Source of the DNA: Thermotogota bacterium
GTDB taxonomy: Bacteria > Thermotogota > Thermotogae > MWEM01
DNA length: 64,000 nt
Reading direction: 5' to 3'
NCBI GenBank assembly: GCA_035447925.1
Contig: DAOTHY010000003.1
Coordinates: 1,474-65,473 of the forward strand
Shown: positions 20,033 through 29,133 of the stretch, piece by piece
Numbering within the stretch: position 1 is the first letter of the stretch
Layout: each line of letters begins with the position of its first letter
The notes under the pieces: model-generated
Seen by the model: only the letters and a program-made list of their open reading frames with translations
Told to the model about the DNA's origin: nothing
Database searches by the model: none
Made by a program: the position numbers and the translations under genes

Positions 20033-21562
20033 TTATTTTATCATAAAAGAAATGATCAAGCACATAAAAAAGAATATGATGATCAACAGATTGATATAAT
20101 CATAAATCAAAGAATAAAGCGTCATCGACCTTTTTTCAAACGGTATTTTCATATATGTGATGGTTCTGATAAATGGCTGAGATTGTTGGATCACCCTGCC
20201 ATAAGGATCCACCAAACCGGTTATGCCGTTGTTTGAAATGTGGCATATCCAGCTGTTTGTTTCCACCGCTCTGATTTGCAGCTGTTTAAAATGCTGAATC
20301 AAAGCAGTCCGATGTGTAAAATAGCCGTCGTTGGTAATGACGCAGAAAAAGTCCGTATCATTTTTTCTGAAATTGATGAAAACATTTGGAAAAAAAGATT
20401 CAAAACAGATTGGAAAAGCGGCATGCATTCCCTCGACGTCAAAGGTCGTATACTGCTGACCAGGCTTCAAATAATTTCTGAATTTCAGAAATGAAAAGGC
20501 CTTGAAAAGGTTTTCAAAGGGTAAATATTCGGTGAAGGGATTTAATTCAATCTTTCCGTAAAAATCATTTGACAATCCCTTTTCCGGCTCAATCAGTTGG
20601 ACGGCATTGTAATAATTCTGTTCCTCTTCATAGACATGGGGAGCAACTATGGTCAGAGAGCTTTCTGCCGATACCTTTTCAAGCATTTGAACGGTGTTGG
20701 GATAGCGGTTGATGTCGTAGAGAAAATAGGTTTCGGGCAGGATAAACAGATCGGAATCCGGTACATTCCGTTTCACTTGTTCAATCAAATCGTTGAAATC
20801 TTTGATGAGCTCTTTTTCAGAGGCATAGTATTTGTCCAGAGGTGTAATCATCGTCTGGACACCCGCCAATTTCACGGATTGTTCCATTTCATTATATGGT
20901 GATGGCAAGCATGAGTTAATGACGTGGTCGATCGTATACACGCTGCAAATAATCAATGCAGAGAAGATGAGCAATTTTCTTGAAAACCGCCATTTTTTCC
21001 AAAGAAGGTAGATTAGAATATTCACCATGCCGATGCATATCAGCAGCAGTTCTGTCCCGCCTAAAGAGGCCAACTGAAGGATGCCAGTCATGTCAAATAA
21101 GGCATCTGTAAATCGGAATCCAATGAACTTTAATGGTGGTAAGCTCCTCAGAAACTCTGTAAAAAGTAGTAGTGATAAAGTAGAAACAACGAGCAAAACC
21201 GGATGGTTTTTAAACTTTTTTGAAAACCACGAAAAAACGAAGCCAAAAACTCCGAAATACAAGCCTACAAATAGCCCGGCGACGAGATAGACCAAAAAGC
21301 CCATAAGCGGGCTAAACGTGTTAAAAGTCTTGGGAATCTCTCTGATAAAAGCCGGTAAAAGCCACCAGAAAGCGGCTGAATAATAACAATAACCAAAAAA
21401 ATAACCCACAAGAAATCCTTTACTGGGTTTTAATGATTCTAAGGCAATCAATAGAATTGCAAAGGAAAACCATACTGGAATCGACATTAACATGCCGGGC
21501 ATGGAAAATACCATCAATAATGATGAGATAAATGTGAGTCCTAAGCGTGTTCTTTTTCTCAT
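20033..21562 (-). CDS. lnt: apolipoprotein N-acyltransferase
   Basis: 509 aa with an N-terminal multi-TM region and a C-terminal CN-hydrolase domain. 4-nt overlap with the upstream DegT gene. Confidence 0.65.
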   Translation of the reverse strand: MRKRTRLGLTFISSLLMVFSMPGMLMSIPVWFSFAILLIALESLKPSKGFLVGYFFGYCYYSAAFWWLLPAFIREIPKTFNTFSPLMGFLVYLVAGLFVGLYFGVFGFVFSWFSKKFKNHPVLLVVSTLSLLLFTEFLRSLPPLKFIGFRFTDALFDMTGILQLASLGGTELLLICIGMVNILIYLLWKKWRFSRKLLIFSALIICSVYTIDHVINSCLPSPYNEMEQSVKLAGVQTMITPLDKYYASEKELIKDFNDLIEQVKRNVPDSDLFILPETYFLYDINRYPNTVQMLEKVSAESSLTIVAPHVYEEEQNYYNAVQLIEPEKGLSNDFYGKIELNPFTEYLPFENLFKAFSFLKFRNYLKPGQQYTTFDVEGMHAAFPICFESFFPNVFINFRKNDTDFFCVITNDGYFTHRTALIQHFKQLQIRAVETNSWICHISNNGITGLVDPYGRVIQQSQPFIRTITYMKIPFEKRSMTLYSLIYDYINLLIIIFFFMCLIISFMIK

Positions 21563-22680
21563 AATTCTTGGATGGTTTCTTTTAATGTCTGGGCAATGTA
21601 AATTTGATCTTCCTCGCTCAAATCATTGTAAAAGGGCAAAGCTACACTCCTTTGGCCAACACTTTCAGTCACGGGTAATAATCCATGTGAAAACCCGAAT
21701 TGTTTTTCGTAGAAGGGCTGAAGGTGGATCGGAGAAAAGTAGTTTCTGCAGCCGATTCCCTTTTCTCTTAATCTTTTTAAAACAGTATCCCGCTCAATCT
21801 CTTTATCTAAGGTGATAACGTAAACAAACCAACTCATCTGGGTTGCATAGTCTTTTATCACAGGCGTGCTGACCCCCTCAATGGGAGAGAGAAGATGTTG
21901 GTACCTGTCGGCAACTGTTTTTCTCTTTTGTATAAAGAGGTCGATTTTTTTTAGCTGTTCAATTCCCAATGCGGAACTGATTTCGTTCAGCCGATAATTG
22001 TACCCTAAACGGACGTGTTCCAACCAAGAGCTACCTTCGCCACGCCCCTGATTGCGCATGGATCTGCTTTTGATGTAAATGTCTTCACTGTCAGTTACAA
22101 TCACGCCGCCCTCTCCGGTAGTGATCTGTTTGTTGGGATAAAAAGCAAATGCTCCCGCTTCTCCGAAACTACCGCATCTACGACCTTTGTATTCACTTCC
22201 CAAAGCCTCACACGAATCCTCTATCACCAACAGCCGATGTTCATGAGCGACGGCCATGATCGGGTCCCAATCGCATGGATGGCCAAACACATCAACGGTG
22301 ATAATGCCTTTGATCTGCGGATCCTTTCTCGCCAATTCTTCGATGCTTTTGGGATCAATGTTGAAGGTGTCTTCTTCAATGTCTGCAAAAACGGGAATAG
22401 CGCCAACATAAAGCAGCATATTTGCTGTTGTGATAAATGAGAATGATGTGGTTATGTATTTATCTCCCGGACTTATTTCCAAAGACCTTCCCACCAAATC
22501 CAGTGCACTGGTACCGCTATTAACGGCTACTGCGTATTTTCGCTGAGAATATTCCGCAATTCGCCGTTCGAATTCCTCGACTTTTGGTCCGATGCTTAGA
22601 ATAGAAGAATTCAGGACATCCATCACGGCTTTTTTTTCTTCGTCGCCTATTTCCGGTAAAGCAAGTGGTATCGTTTTCAT
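21559..22680 (-). CDS. DegT/DnrJ/EryC1/StrS-family PLP-dependent sugar aminotransferase
   Basis: Family fold with PLP lysine region (SFSFITTANML?/...KQITTGEGG). Start moved to ATG 22680 behind AAGGTGA. Confidence 0.8.
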   Translation of the reverse strand: MKTIPLALPEIGDEEKKAVMDVLNSSILSIGPKVEEFERRIAEYSQRKYAVAVNSGTSALDLVGRSLEISPGDKYITTSFSFITTANMLLYVGAIPVFADIEEDTFNIDPKSIEELARKDPQIKGIITVDVFGHPCDWDPIMAVAHEHRLLVIEDSCEALGSEYKGRRCGSFGEAGAFAFYPNKQITTGEGGVIVTDSEDIYIKSRSMRNQGRGEGSSWLEHVRLGYNYRLNEISSALGIEQLKKIDLFIQKRKTVADRYQHLLSPIEGVSTPVIKDYATQMSWFVYVITLDKEIERDTVLKRLREKGIGCRNYFSPIHLQPFYEKQFGFSHGLLPVTESVGQRSVALPFYNDLSEEDQIYIAQTLKETIQEL

Positions 22681-22687
22681 TTTAATC

Positions 22688-23683
22688 TCACCTTGATTCC
22701 ATAGAATGTTCAATATTCTCGACGATATGGTTTTCTATGCCTTTTTCCGCAACTTTTAGTGCATTAATGATGGCAATCGAGTCGGAGTTTCCATGCGCTT
22801 TGATTGATGGCGACCTGACTCCCAAAATATAGGCTCCGCCGGTATTTCTTGAATCAGTTTTGAATTTTAAGTCGGCAAATACCGGTTTCAAAAGTAGCGC
22901 TCCCAATTTTACCATAAGACCATGGGAATGGATAGAAGATTTCAAAAGGGATGAAATAAAACTCCCGATACCTTCCATGGACTTTAAAGCGATATTTCCC
23001 GACCAACCATCCGTGACCACCACATCCACGGTTCCAGATGAAATATCCCGTCCTTCTACAAAACCGACGAAATGAGCATTTATTTGCTCTTTAAGAAGTT
23101 TATAGGCCTCTTTAATCAATTCAGTTCCTTTGTCTTCCTCAGTTCCCACATTTAACAGGCCGATTTTGGGCTTCTCGATACCGTTGATTTGCTGAAGAGC
23201 CATTCCCATTCTTGCAAAGGAAAGATAGTTTTCCACTTTGCAGTCCAGATTGGCACCGCCGTCCAACAAAATCGTTTGCCCTTTTTTGTTGGGAATCGGA
23301 GTGGCGATCGCCGGTCTGGCGATACCCTTAATCCGTCCGATCACAAAGGTTGATACGGCTAATAGGGCACCGGTGTTGCCGGCGCTGATCAAGGCGTCTG
23401 CCTGTGCATTTTTGATCAGATTTGCCGCCATGTAAAGAGAAGTTTCACGCCGTCTTAAGATATGGGATGGTTTTTCGTCCATTTTGAATACATCCGGTGC
23501 ATCAACGATTGAAACATCTTCAAATTGATTCAAAATAGTGGAATACTTTTCTATTTGATCCTTCTTACCCACAAGAACAACACCGGAACGAATTATTTTT
23601 TTGGATTTTGCTTCCTCAACGCCTTTAATGATAGCCTGTGGGGCATGATCGCCCCCCATTGCATCGATTGCTATTACTCGCAT
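22688..23683 (-). CDS. plsX: phosphate acyltransferase PlsX
   Basis: MRVIAIDAMGGDHAP N-terminus; full-length PlsX pattern. Start moved to ATG 23683 behind AGGAGGG. Confidence 0.9.
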   Translation of the reverse strand: MRVIAIDAMGGDHAPQAIIKGVEEAKSKKIIRSGVVLVGKKDQIEKYSTILNQFEDVSIVDAPDVFKMDEKPSHILRRRETSLYMAANLIKNAQADALISAGNTGALLAVSTFVIGRIKGIARPAIATPIPNKKGQTILLDGGANLDCKVENYLSFARMGMALQQINGIEKPKIGLLNVGTEEDKGTELIKEAYKLLKEQINAHFVGFVEGRDISSGTVDVVVTDGWSGNIALKSMEGIGSFISSLLKSSIHSHGLMVKLGALLLKPVFADLKFKTDSRNTGGAYILGVRSPSIKAHGNSDSIAIINALKVAEKGIENHIVENIEHSMESR

Positions 23684-23815
23684 ATATCCCTCCTGCATAA
23701 TCAATTATTTCTGTCACTTGGAATTATACACCATTTTTTGGCGTCACACATATTGGTTCGCCTTTGCTTTTTGTATGAGGAAATGGAAGAACCACATCAA
23801 AGTATCGAAAGTATA

Positions 23816-23830
23816 GTATAATAGATTATC
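23816..23830. promoter_or_regulatory. PerR/Fur-like box overlapping the -10 of the rubredoxin operon promoter
   Basis: gTATAATaGATTATc matches 12/15 positions of the 7-1-7 Per box TTATAATnATTATAA. It lies 24 nt upstream of the rubredoxin Shine-Dalgarno site. Confidence 0.35.
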
Positions 23831-23853
23831 ATTTTAAAACGGAGGTAATAAAA

Positions 23854-24012
23854 ATGGACAAGTACGTCTGCACAGTATGTGGTTATGTCTACGATCCTTC
23901 AGCAGGAGATCCGGACAACGGAGTGGAACCTGGAACAAAATGGGAAGATGTACCTGAGGATTGGGTATGTCCGTTATGTGGTGCCGGAAAAGACGCCTTC
24001 GAACTGGAATAA
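23854..24012 (+). CDS. rubredoxin
   Basis: 53 aa, [15 protein letters not shown]...[14 protein letters not shown], with two CxxCG knuckles. Missed by the ORF track (<60 aa). Shine-Dalgarno GGAGGT. Confidence 0.9.
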   Translation: MDKYVCTVCGYVYDPSAGDPDNGVEPGTKWEDVPEDWVCPLCGAGKDAFELE

Positions 24013-24028
24013 AGAGGTGATGGACTAA

Positions 24029-25213
24029 TTGGCTATCAGAAAAATTAAAGAAGATATATTTAATATTGGCGCCATTGATTGGGACAGAGAGTTATTTGAC
24101 GAATTGATACCTCTTCCTGAGGGGACTTCTTACAACGCCTATGTTGTTTTTGGGAGTGAGAAGATAGCTTTAATTGATGCAGTCGAACCGGAGAAGGAAG
24201 AAGAGTTTTTGCGAAATTTGAAGGACTTGAATCCGGAACGGATCGATTATATAGTCTCCAATCATGCGGAACAGGATCATTCGGGGTTAATCCCGCAAGT
24301 ATTGGAACGGTATCCCGAGGCAAGAATCGTTACCAATGAAAAGTGTAAGGGTTTTCTTATGGATTTGTTGCCGTTGAAAGAGGATGCCTTTCACATCGTG
24401 GCGGATAATCAAACGCTGTCCTTGGGAAATAAAACATTGGAGTTTATCATAGCGCCGTGGGTACATTGGCCGGAGACCATGTTTACTTATTTAAGAGAGG
24501 ATAGGGTTTTGTTCTCGGGAGATTTTCTCGGTTCGCATTTGGCCCTCAGCAACACTTTTTCAAATGACGATTCACAAACATATATGGCTGCTAAACGTTA
24601 TTTTGCCGAGATCATGATGCCCTTCAGGCCGATGATCAAAAAACACCTTCAGCGGTTGGAAGCGTATGATATTCAAATGGTTTGCGCCGTACACGGACCG
24701 GTTTATAAAAACCCTTCCTTTATCATCAATCATTATAAAGACTGGGTATCGGATGACGTGAAGAATTTGGTGCTCATTCCTTATGTGTCTATGCACGGCA
24801 GCACGTTAAAAACCGTTGAGTTTTTAACGGATGAATTAACTAATCGAAAGATTGAAGTCCTTCCTATCAATATGACCAAGGCTGATTTAGGGAAATTAAC
24901 CATCGAGTTGGTGGATGCTGCAACCATTGTATTAGCCAGTTCAACCGTTCTAGTGGGACCTCATCCGCAAATGCTTTACACAGCAGCTATGATTAACGCT
25001 TTGCGTCCTAAAACGAAAAACATTTCCATCATTACCTCTTATGGGTGGGCTTCACAAGCAACGAAGACCTTAAAATCCCTTCTGGGAACCCTTCAAGCTC
25101 AATGGCTTGAGACGATCGATTATAAAGGCTACCCGAAAGAAGGAGATTTGGAAAGAGTCAGAGTCTTGGCAGAACAAATTGCTCAGAAGCATCGAATGTT
25201 AAACCTTTTATGA
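24029..25213 (+). CDS. fprA: flavodiiron protein (FprA / rubredoxin:oxygen oxidoreductase-type)
   Basis: MBL-like di-iron domain (HAEQDHSG) followed by a flavodoxin-like domain. Probable TTG start. Confidence 0.85.
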   Translation: MAIRKIKEDIFNIGAIDWDRELFDELIPLPEGTSYNAYVVFGSEKIALIDAVEPEKEEEFLRNLKDLNPERIDYIVSNHAEQDHSGLIPQVLERYPEARIVTNEKCKGFLMDLLPLKEDAFHIVADNQTLSLGNKTLEFIIAPWVHWPETMFTYLREDRVLFSGDFLGSHLALSNTFSNDDSQTYMAAKRYFAEIMMPFRPMIKKHLQRLEAYDIQMVCAVHGPVYKNPSFIINHYKDWVSDDVKNLVLIPYVSMHGSTLKTVEFLTDELTNRKIEVLPINMTKADLGKLTIELVDAATIVLASSTVLVGPHPQMLYTAAMINALRPKTKNISIITSYGWASQATKTLKSLLGTLQAQWLETIDYKGYPKEGDLERVRVLAEQIAQKHRMLNLL

Positions 25214-25226
25214 AGGAGGATAAAAG

Positions 25227-25610
25227 ATGACAGAGAAGAAACAGATTTATAAATGTGACATTTGTGGTAACGTTGTTGAAATTCTCCATGAGGGCGAGGA
25301 AGCATTAGTCTGTTGTAAAGAACCGATGAAATTGATGCAAGAACAGACGGCTGATCAGGCGAATGAAAAACATGTGCCCGTTGTGGAAAAGGTCGAGGGA
25401 GGATACAAGGTCACTGTTGGTACAACCCTTCATCCCATGATGGAAAAGCATTACATTGAATGGATTGAACTGATGACCGATCGTGGGGTGTTCAGAAAAC
25501 ACCTGCTCCCTGGCGAAGAGCCAATGGCTACGTTTGAAGATGTTGGAGAGGTCATTCAGGCACGAGAATACTGCAATGTTCACGGTCTTTGGGCGCAAAA
25601 CAACATTTAG
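25227..25610 (+). CDS. dfx: desulfoferrodoxin (2Fe superoxide reductase)
   Basis: N-terminal CxxC...CC desulforedoxin-like site (CDICGNVVE...VCC) plus the SOR centre II domain. 127 aa. Confidence 0.85.
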   Translation: MTEKKQIYKCDICGNVVEILHEGEEALVCCKEPMKLMQEQTADQANEKHVPVVEKVEGGYKVTVGTTLHPMMEKHYIEWIELMTDRGVFRKHLLPGEEPMATFEDVGEVIQAREYCNVHGLWAQNNI

Positions 25611-25684
25611 ATTTTAATAAAAGTCAAAAAAGGGTTATAATGGCATCGGTGAGAACCGGTGCTTTTTTTATCGGGGGTGATGAC

Positions 25685-26362
25685 ATGACTCAAACTCAGA
25701 AAAATATCACAGAGTTAAAAGAAAAAATCAAAAAAATATGTCAAGCGTGCGGACGAAATGTCGATGAAATTAAATTGGTCGCTGTGAGCAAAACTTTCCC
25801 TATTGAAGCGATTGAAGAAGTCATAGAGACCGGACAGATGGCCTTTGGGGAAAACAAAGCCCAAGAAATTCGGGACAAAATGGAATCGGCAGCGAGTAAA
25901 GAGATTGAATGGCATTTTATTGGGCCTCTTCAAAAAAACAAAGTGAAATATATTGCCGGCAAGACAGCGCTTATCCATTCGGTAGAGGATGAGAAAGTAG
26001 CTTTTGAGATAGACAAACGAGCAGCTGGAGAGGGAAAGGTCCAGGATATTCTCATTGAAGTCAATATTTCCGGAGAAAAAACGAAACATGGCTTAGATAC
26101 CCATCAAGCTCAAACTTTGATCCAGAATTTGCAAACTTTTCAAAATATCCGTGTAATCGGATTGATGACTATGGCACCCTTTACAGATGATGAACAGGTG
26201 ATCCGAGAAACCTTTAAGGGGTTGAGGCTGTTAAGGGATCGATTGCAGCTGAAATTTCCGCTCATCCAAGAACTGTCCATGGGTATGACCAATGACTATT
26301 CAATTGCGATTGAAGAGGGAGCCACGTTGTTGAGAATTGGCTCTGCTATTTTTCAACGTTAG
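25685..26362 (+). CDS. YggS-family pyridoxal-phosphate homeostasis protein
   Basis: Alanine-racemase-like barrel with the PLP lysine (VAVSKTFP). Start moved to ATG 25685 behind GGGGGTGA. Confidence 0.85.
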   Translation: MTQTQKNITELKEKIKKICQACGRNVDEIKLVAVSKTFPIEAIEEVIETGQMAFGENKAQEIRDKMESAASKEIEWHFIGPLQKNKVKYIAGKTALIHSVEDEKVAFEIDKRAAGEGKVQDILIEVNISGEKTKHGLDTHQAQTLIQNLQTFQNIRVIGLMTMAPFTDDEQVIRETFKGLRLLRDRLQLKFPLIQELSMGMTNDYSIAIEEGATLLRIGSAIFQR

Positions 26363-26375
26363 TTAGGAGGATATT

Positions 26376-27380
26376 GTGAACAATTCCAAAAGGGTTTTAA
26401 TGGCTATTGAATCTTCTTGTGATGATACTGGGGTTTGCATTATCAGTGAAGATCGAAAAATTCTAGCCAATTTGCTATCATCCCAAATAGAGATTCATAA
26501 CCGGTTTGGTGGCGTCGTTCCTGAAATTGCCTCCCGAAAACACCTGGAAGTCATTAATCCAATGATTGATCAAGCCCTTCAAATAGCAAACTGCAGATTT
26601 TCTGACCTGGATGCAGTTGCAGCGACCATCGGTCCTGGACTAATAGGGGCTTTACTGGTTGGGGTCTGTACGGCAAAGACAATCGCCTTCACCAATAACA
26701 TTCCCTTTATCGGGGTTAATCATCTAAAAGGGCATATTTCCGCCAATTATCTGATATACAATGATCTTCAACCTCCTTTTATGGTTCTTTTATGTTCCGG
26801 TGGTCATACACAACTGATTTTTGTACAAGACGACGAGACGTTTATCCGTGTCGGCAATACCCTGGATGATGCCGCCGGAGAAGCTTTTGATAAAGGCGCC
26901 AGAATACTGAATCTGGGGTATCCCGGAGGACCGCAAATTGAAAAGGTTGCTAAAACTGGAAATCCGCAATTTGTCCAGTTTCCGAGGGCATTAAGGGAGA
27001 AAGCCAATTTTGATTTTTCTTTCAGCGGATTAAAAACATCTCTTTTGTACCATACCCGAAAACACCCTGAGGATGATATCGCAGATGTAGCGGCAAGTTA
27101 TCAGGAGGCCATTGTAGATTCTCTGGTGGAAAAATCGTTTAGGGCAGCAAGGAAACAGGGGACGAAAAAGATTATCTTTGCCGGTGGTGTCGCAGCAAAC
27201 AGAAGACTTCGTGAAAAAGCAACGCAAAAAGCGCAAAACTGGAGTTATCAAACCTATTTTCCACCGTTGGATTTTTGTACGGATAACGCTGCAATGATTG
27301 CCTCAGCAGCTTGGCAAAGATTTGAGCAAGCTGATTTCGATTCACTTGATATGCGTGCTGATCCATCTCTCACAATTTAG
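26376..27380 (+). CDS. tsaD: tRNA N6-adenosine threonylcarbamoyltransferase
   Basis: Kae1/TsaD motifs (IESSCDDTGV, GVNHLKGH, SGGV). GTG start behind TAGGAGG. Confidence 0.9.
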   Translation: MNNSKRVLMAIESSCDDTGVCIISEDRKILANLLSSQIEIHNRFGGVVPEIASRKHLEVINPMIDQALQIANCRFSDLDAVAATIGPGLIGALLVGVCTAKTIAFTNNIPFIGVNHLKGHISANYLIYNDLQPPFMVLLCSGGHTQLIFVQDDETFIRVGNTLDDAAGEAFDKGARILNLGYPGGPQIEKVAKTGNPQFVQFPRALREKANFDFSFSGLKTSLLYHTRKHPEDDIADVAASYQEAIVDSLVEKSFRAARKQGTKKIIFAGGVAANRRLREKATQKAQNWSYQTYFPPLDFCTDNAAMIASAAWQRFEQADFDSLDMRADPSLTI

Positions 27381-27447
27381 CAGTGAATACTGTTAGGTTT
27401 GTATACGTCTATTTAATATAAACAAAAACATGAATGGAGATGAGGGT

Positions 27448-27909
27448 ATGAGAGAAGAGATAATCAAGATTGACGAACCGTTTGAAGAAATAAATTTGAC
27501 TGATCAGTATGGAGAACTTGTGGATACACAAAAATATAAGGGCAAAAAATTATTGTTATCATTTCATCCTTTGGCGTGGACACCGGTATGCGCCGATCAG
27601 ATGAAAGTTTTGGATGAGCTTTATCTGGAATTTGAAGCGTTGGATATCATTCCCTTCGGTGTTAGTGTCGATTCAAGTCAATCAAAAAAAGCTTGGGCTG
27701 AACATCTTGGAATTCAAAATCTACAGTTGCTGTCAGATTTCTGGCCTCACGGTGAATTAGCAAAAAAACTGGGTGTTTTTATGGAAGATAAAGGATTTTC
27801 AAAGCGTGTGAATATTGTGTTGGATGAGAACAGGAAAGTGATTTGGACAAAGATTTATCCGATTAAAGAAGTGCCTGATTTTGAAGAAATCCTAATGAAT
27901 TTCAAATAA
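27448..27909 (+). CDS. peroxiredoxin (AhpC/TSA redoxin family, single-Cys region WTPVC)
   Basis: Thioredoxin-fold peroxidase motif (FHPLAWTPVCADQ). Confidence 0.75.
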   Translation: MREEIIKIDEPFEEINLTDQYGELVDTQKYKGKKLLLSFHPLAWTPVCADQMKVLDELYLEFEALDIIPFGVSVDSSQSKKAWAEHLGIQNLQLLSDFWPHGELAKKLGVFMEDKGFSKRVNIVLDENRKVIWTKIYPIKEVPDFEEILMNFK

Positions 27910-27923
27910 AGGGAGGGGTTTGT

Positions 27924-28367
27924 GTGCAATTGAAAGAGTTACTCAACGTTGCTTTGCGTATTGAATCAGATGGATACGAGATGTATTCAAGATTGGCTGA
28001 GGAGAACGAAGGAGAACTACAGAAATTATTCAAAGAACTGGCGATTCAAGAAAGAGAGCATCAGCAACATTTTAAAAAGATTTTTGACAAATGTATGGAG
28101 AATGAAAAAGAATACGCCGATTGGACGGATGATGAAAATGCAGGTTATCTGATGGCATTTGCAGAACTTTCCATCTTCCCAAAGCTTTCTGGGACTCAAA
28201 AACCCGAAAATATCAACGATGCCATTGATATGGCAATAGAGGTTGAAAAAGACAGCATCCTTTTTTATTCTGATTTAAAGAGTTATTTTAAGAGCAAACA
28301 AACGATTGATCAAATTATTACCGAGGAAAAAACCCACCTGATGGATTTACTCAGGTCAAGAAAATAG
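27924..28367 (+). CDS. ferritin-like/rubrerythrin-domain protein
   Basis: Two ExxH di-iron half-sites (EREH...; EEKTH). GTG start behind GGGAGGGG. Confidence 0.6.
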   Translation: MQLKELLNVALRIESDGYEMYSRLAEENEGELQKLFKELAIQEREHQQHFKKIFDKCMENEKEYADWTDDENAGYLMAFAELSIFPKLSGTQKPENINDAIDMAIEVEKDSILFYSDLKSYFKSKQTIDQIITEEKTHLMDLLRSRK

Positions 28368-28404
28368 AAAAAAATTCAAACCAGTTAATAATAGAGATTG
28401 AGAA

Positions 28405-28432
28405 AGGGTGCCGTAAAAAGGTGCCCTTTTTG
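28405..28432 (+). terminator. rho-independent terminator (plus strand)
   Basis: AGGGUGCC-guaaaaa-GGUGCCCU (8-bp stem with 2 G-U pairs) followed by UUUUU. Confidence 0.5.
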
Positions 28433-28436
28433 AATG

Positions 28437-28472
28437 CAAAAAAAAGGGGCTGTCAATACCCTTTGACAGCCC
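28437..28472 (-). terminator. rho-independent terminator (minus strand; serves yjbQ-like gene)
   Basis: GGGCTGTCAA-taccct-TTGACAGCCC perfect 10-bp stem, with an A8 run on the plus strand (U-tract on the minus strand). Confidence 0.6.
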
Positions 28473-28640
28473 TTGCTACGGGGGATGGTCGAACACAAAT
28501 TTCTGAACTCAAAATTGAGCCTCTACGTTGACCTTCAAAGGAAATATTACCATATTTTAAAAGCTATGTCAAGCTATCCGAAGTTATCCTTTATTAGCTT
28601 TCTTATGCTGCTTATTTCACTCCTTTTCATATTGACTTGT

Positions 28641-29057
28641 TCACTCCCCAATAATCTTTACTAAAACCCTTTTTCGTCTTTTTCCGTCGAATTCTCCGTA
28701 AAATATCTGTTCCCAAGGACCAAAGTCCAGTTTGCCGTTGGTTATGGCTACCACAACTTCTCGACCCATCACTTGTCTTTTCAAATGGGCATCTGCATTG
28801 TCTTCATATCCGTTATGCTGATACTGACTGTGGGGTTTTTCCGGAGCCAGTTGCTCCAGCCATTTTTCAAAATCAGCATGCAGCCCCCTTTCATCGTCAT
28901 TGATAAACACACTGGCTGTGATATGCATAGCATTGCACAGCAACAGCCCTTCTTTGATGGTGCTTTCTTTTAAACACTCATTGACCTGGGGGGTAATGTT
29001 GAGATATTCCCGACGTCTGGTTGTGTTGAACCATAGTTCTTTTCGATAAGCTTTCAT
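28641..29057 (-). CDS. YjbQ-family (UPF0047) secondary thiamine-phosphate synthase-like protein
   Basis: 138 aa with the YjbQ signature ([15 protein letters not shown]..., [22 protein letters not shown]). Confidence 0.8.
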   Translation of the reverse strand: MKAYRKELWFNTTRRREYLNITPQVNECLKESTIKEGLLLCNAMHITASVFINDDERGLHADFEKWLEQLAPEKPHSQYQHNGYEDNADAHLKRQVMGREVVVAITNGKLDFGPWEQIFYGEFDGKRRKRVLVKIIGE

Positions 29058-29133
29058 TGTTGACCTCCTTGATCGTGAAATGATATACTAGATAGTGCTT
29101 CATTAGTCTTGTTTATCATCAAAATGAGCACCG

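Noticed and set aside
28473-28664. 63 aa ORF in the 270-bp interval between the rubrerythrin-like gene and yjbQ
   Set aside because: No Shine-Dalgarno site and hydrophobic low-complexity translation, and it overlaps the yjbQ 3' end. The interval is better explained by two back-to-back terminators plus spacer.
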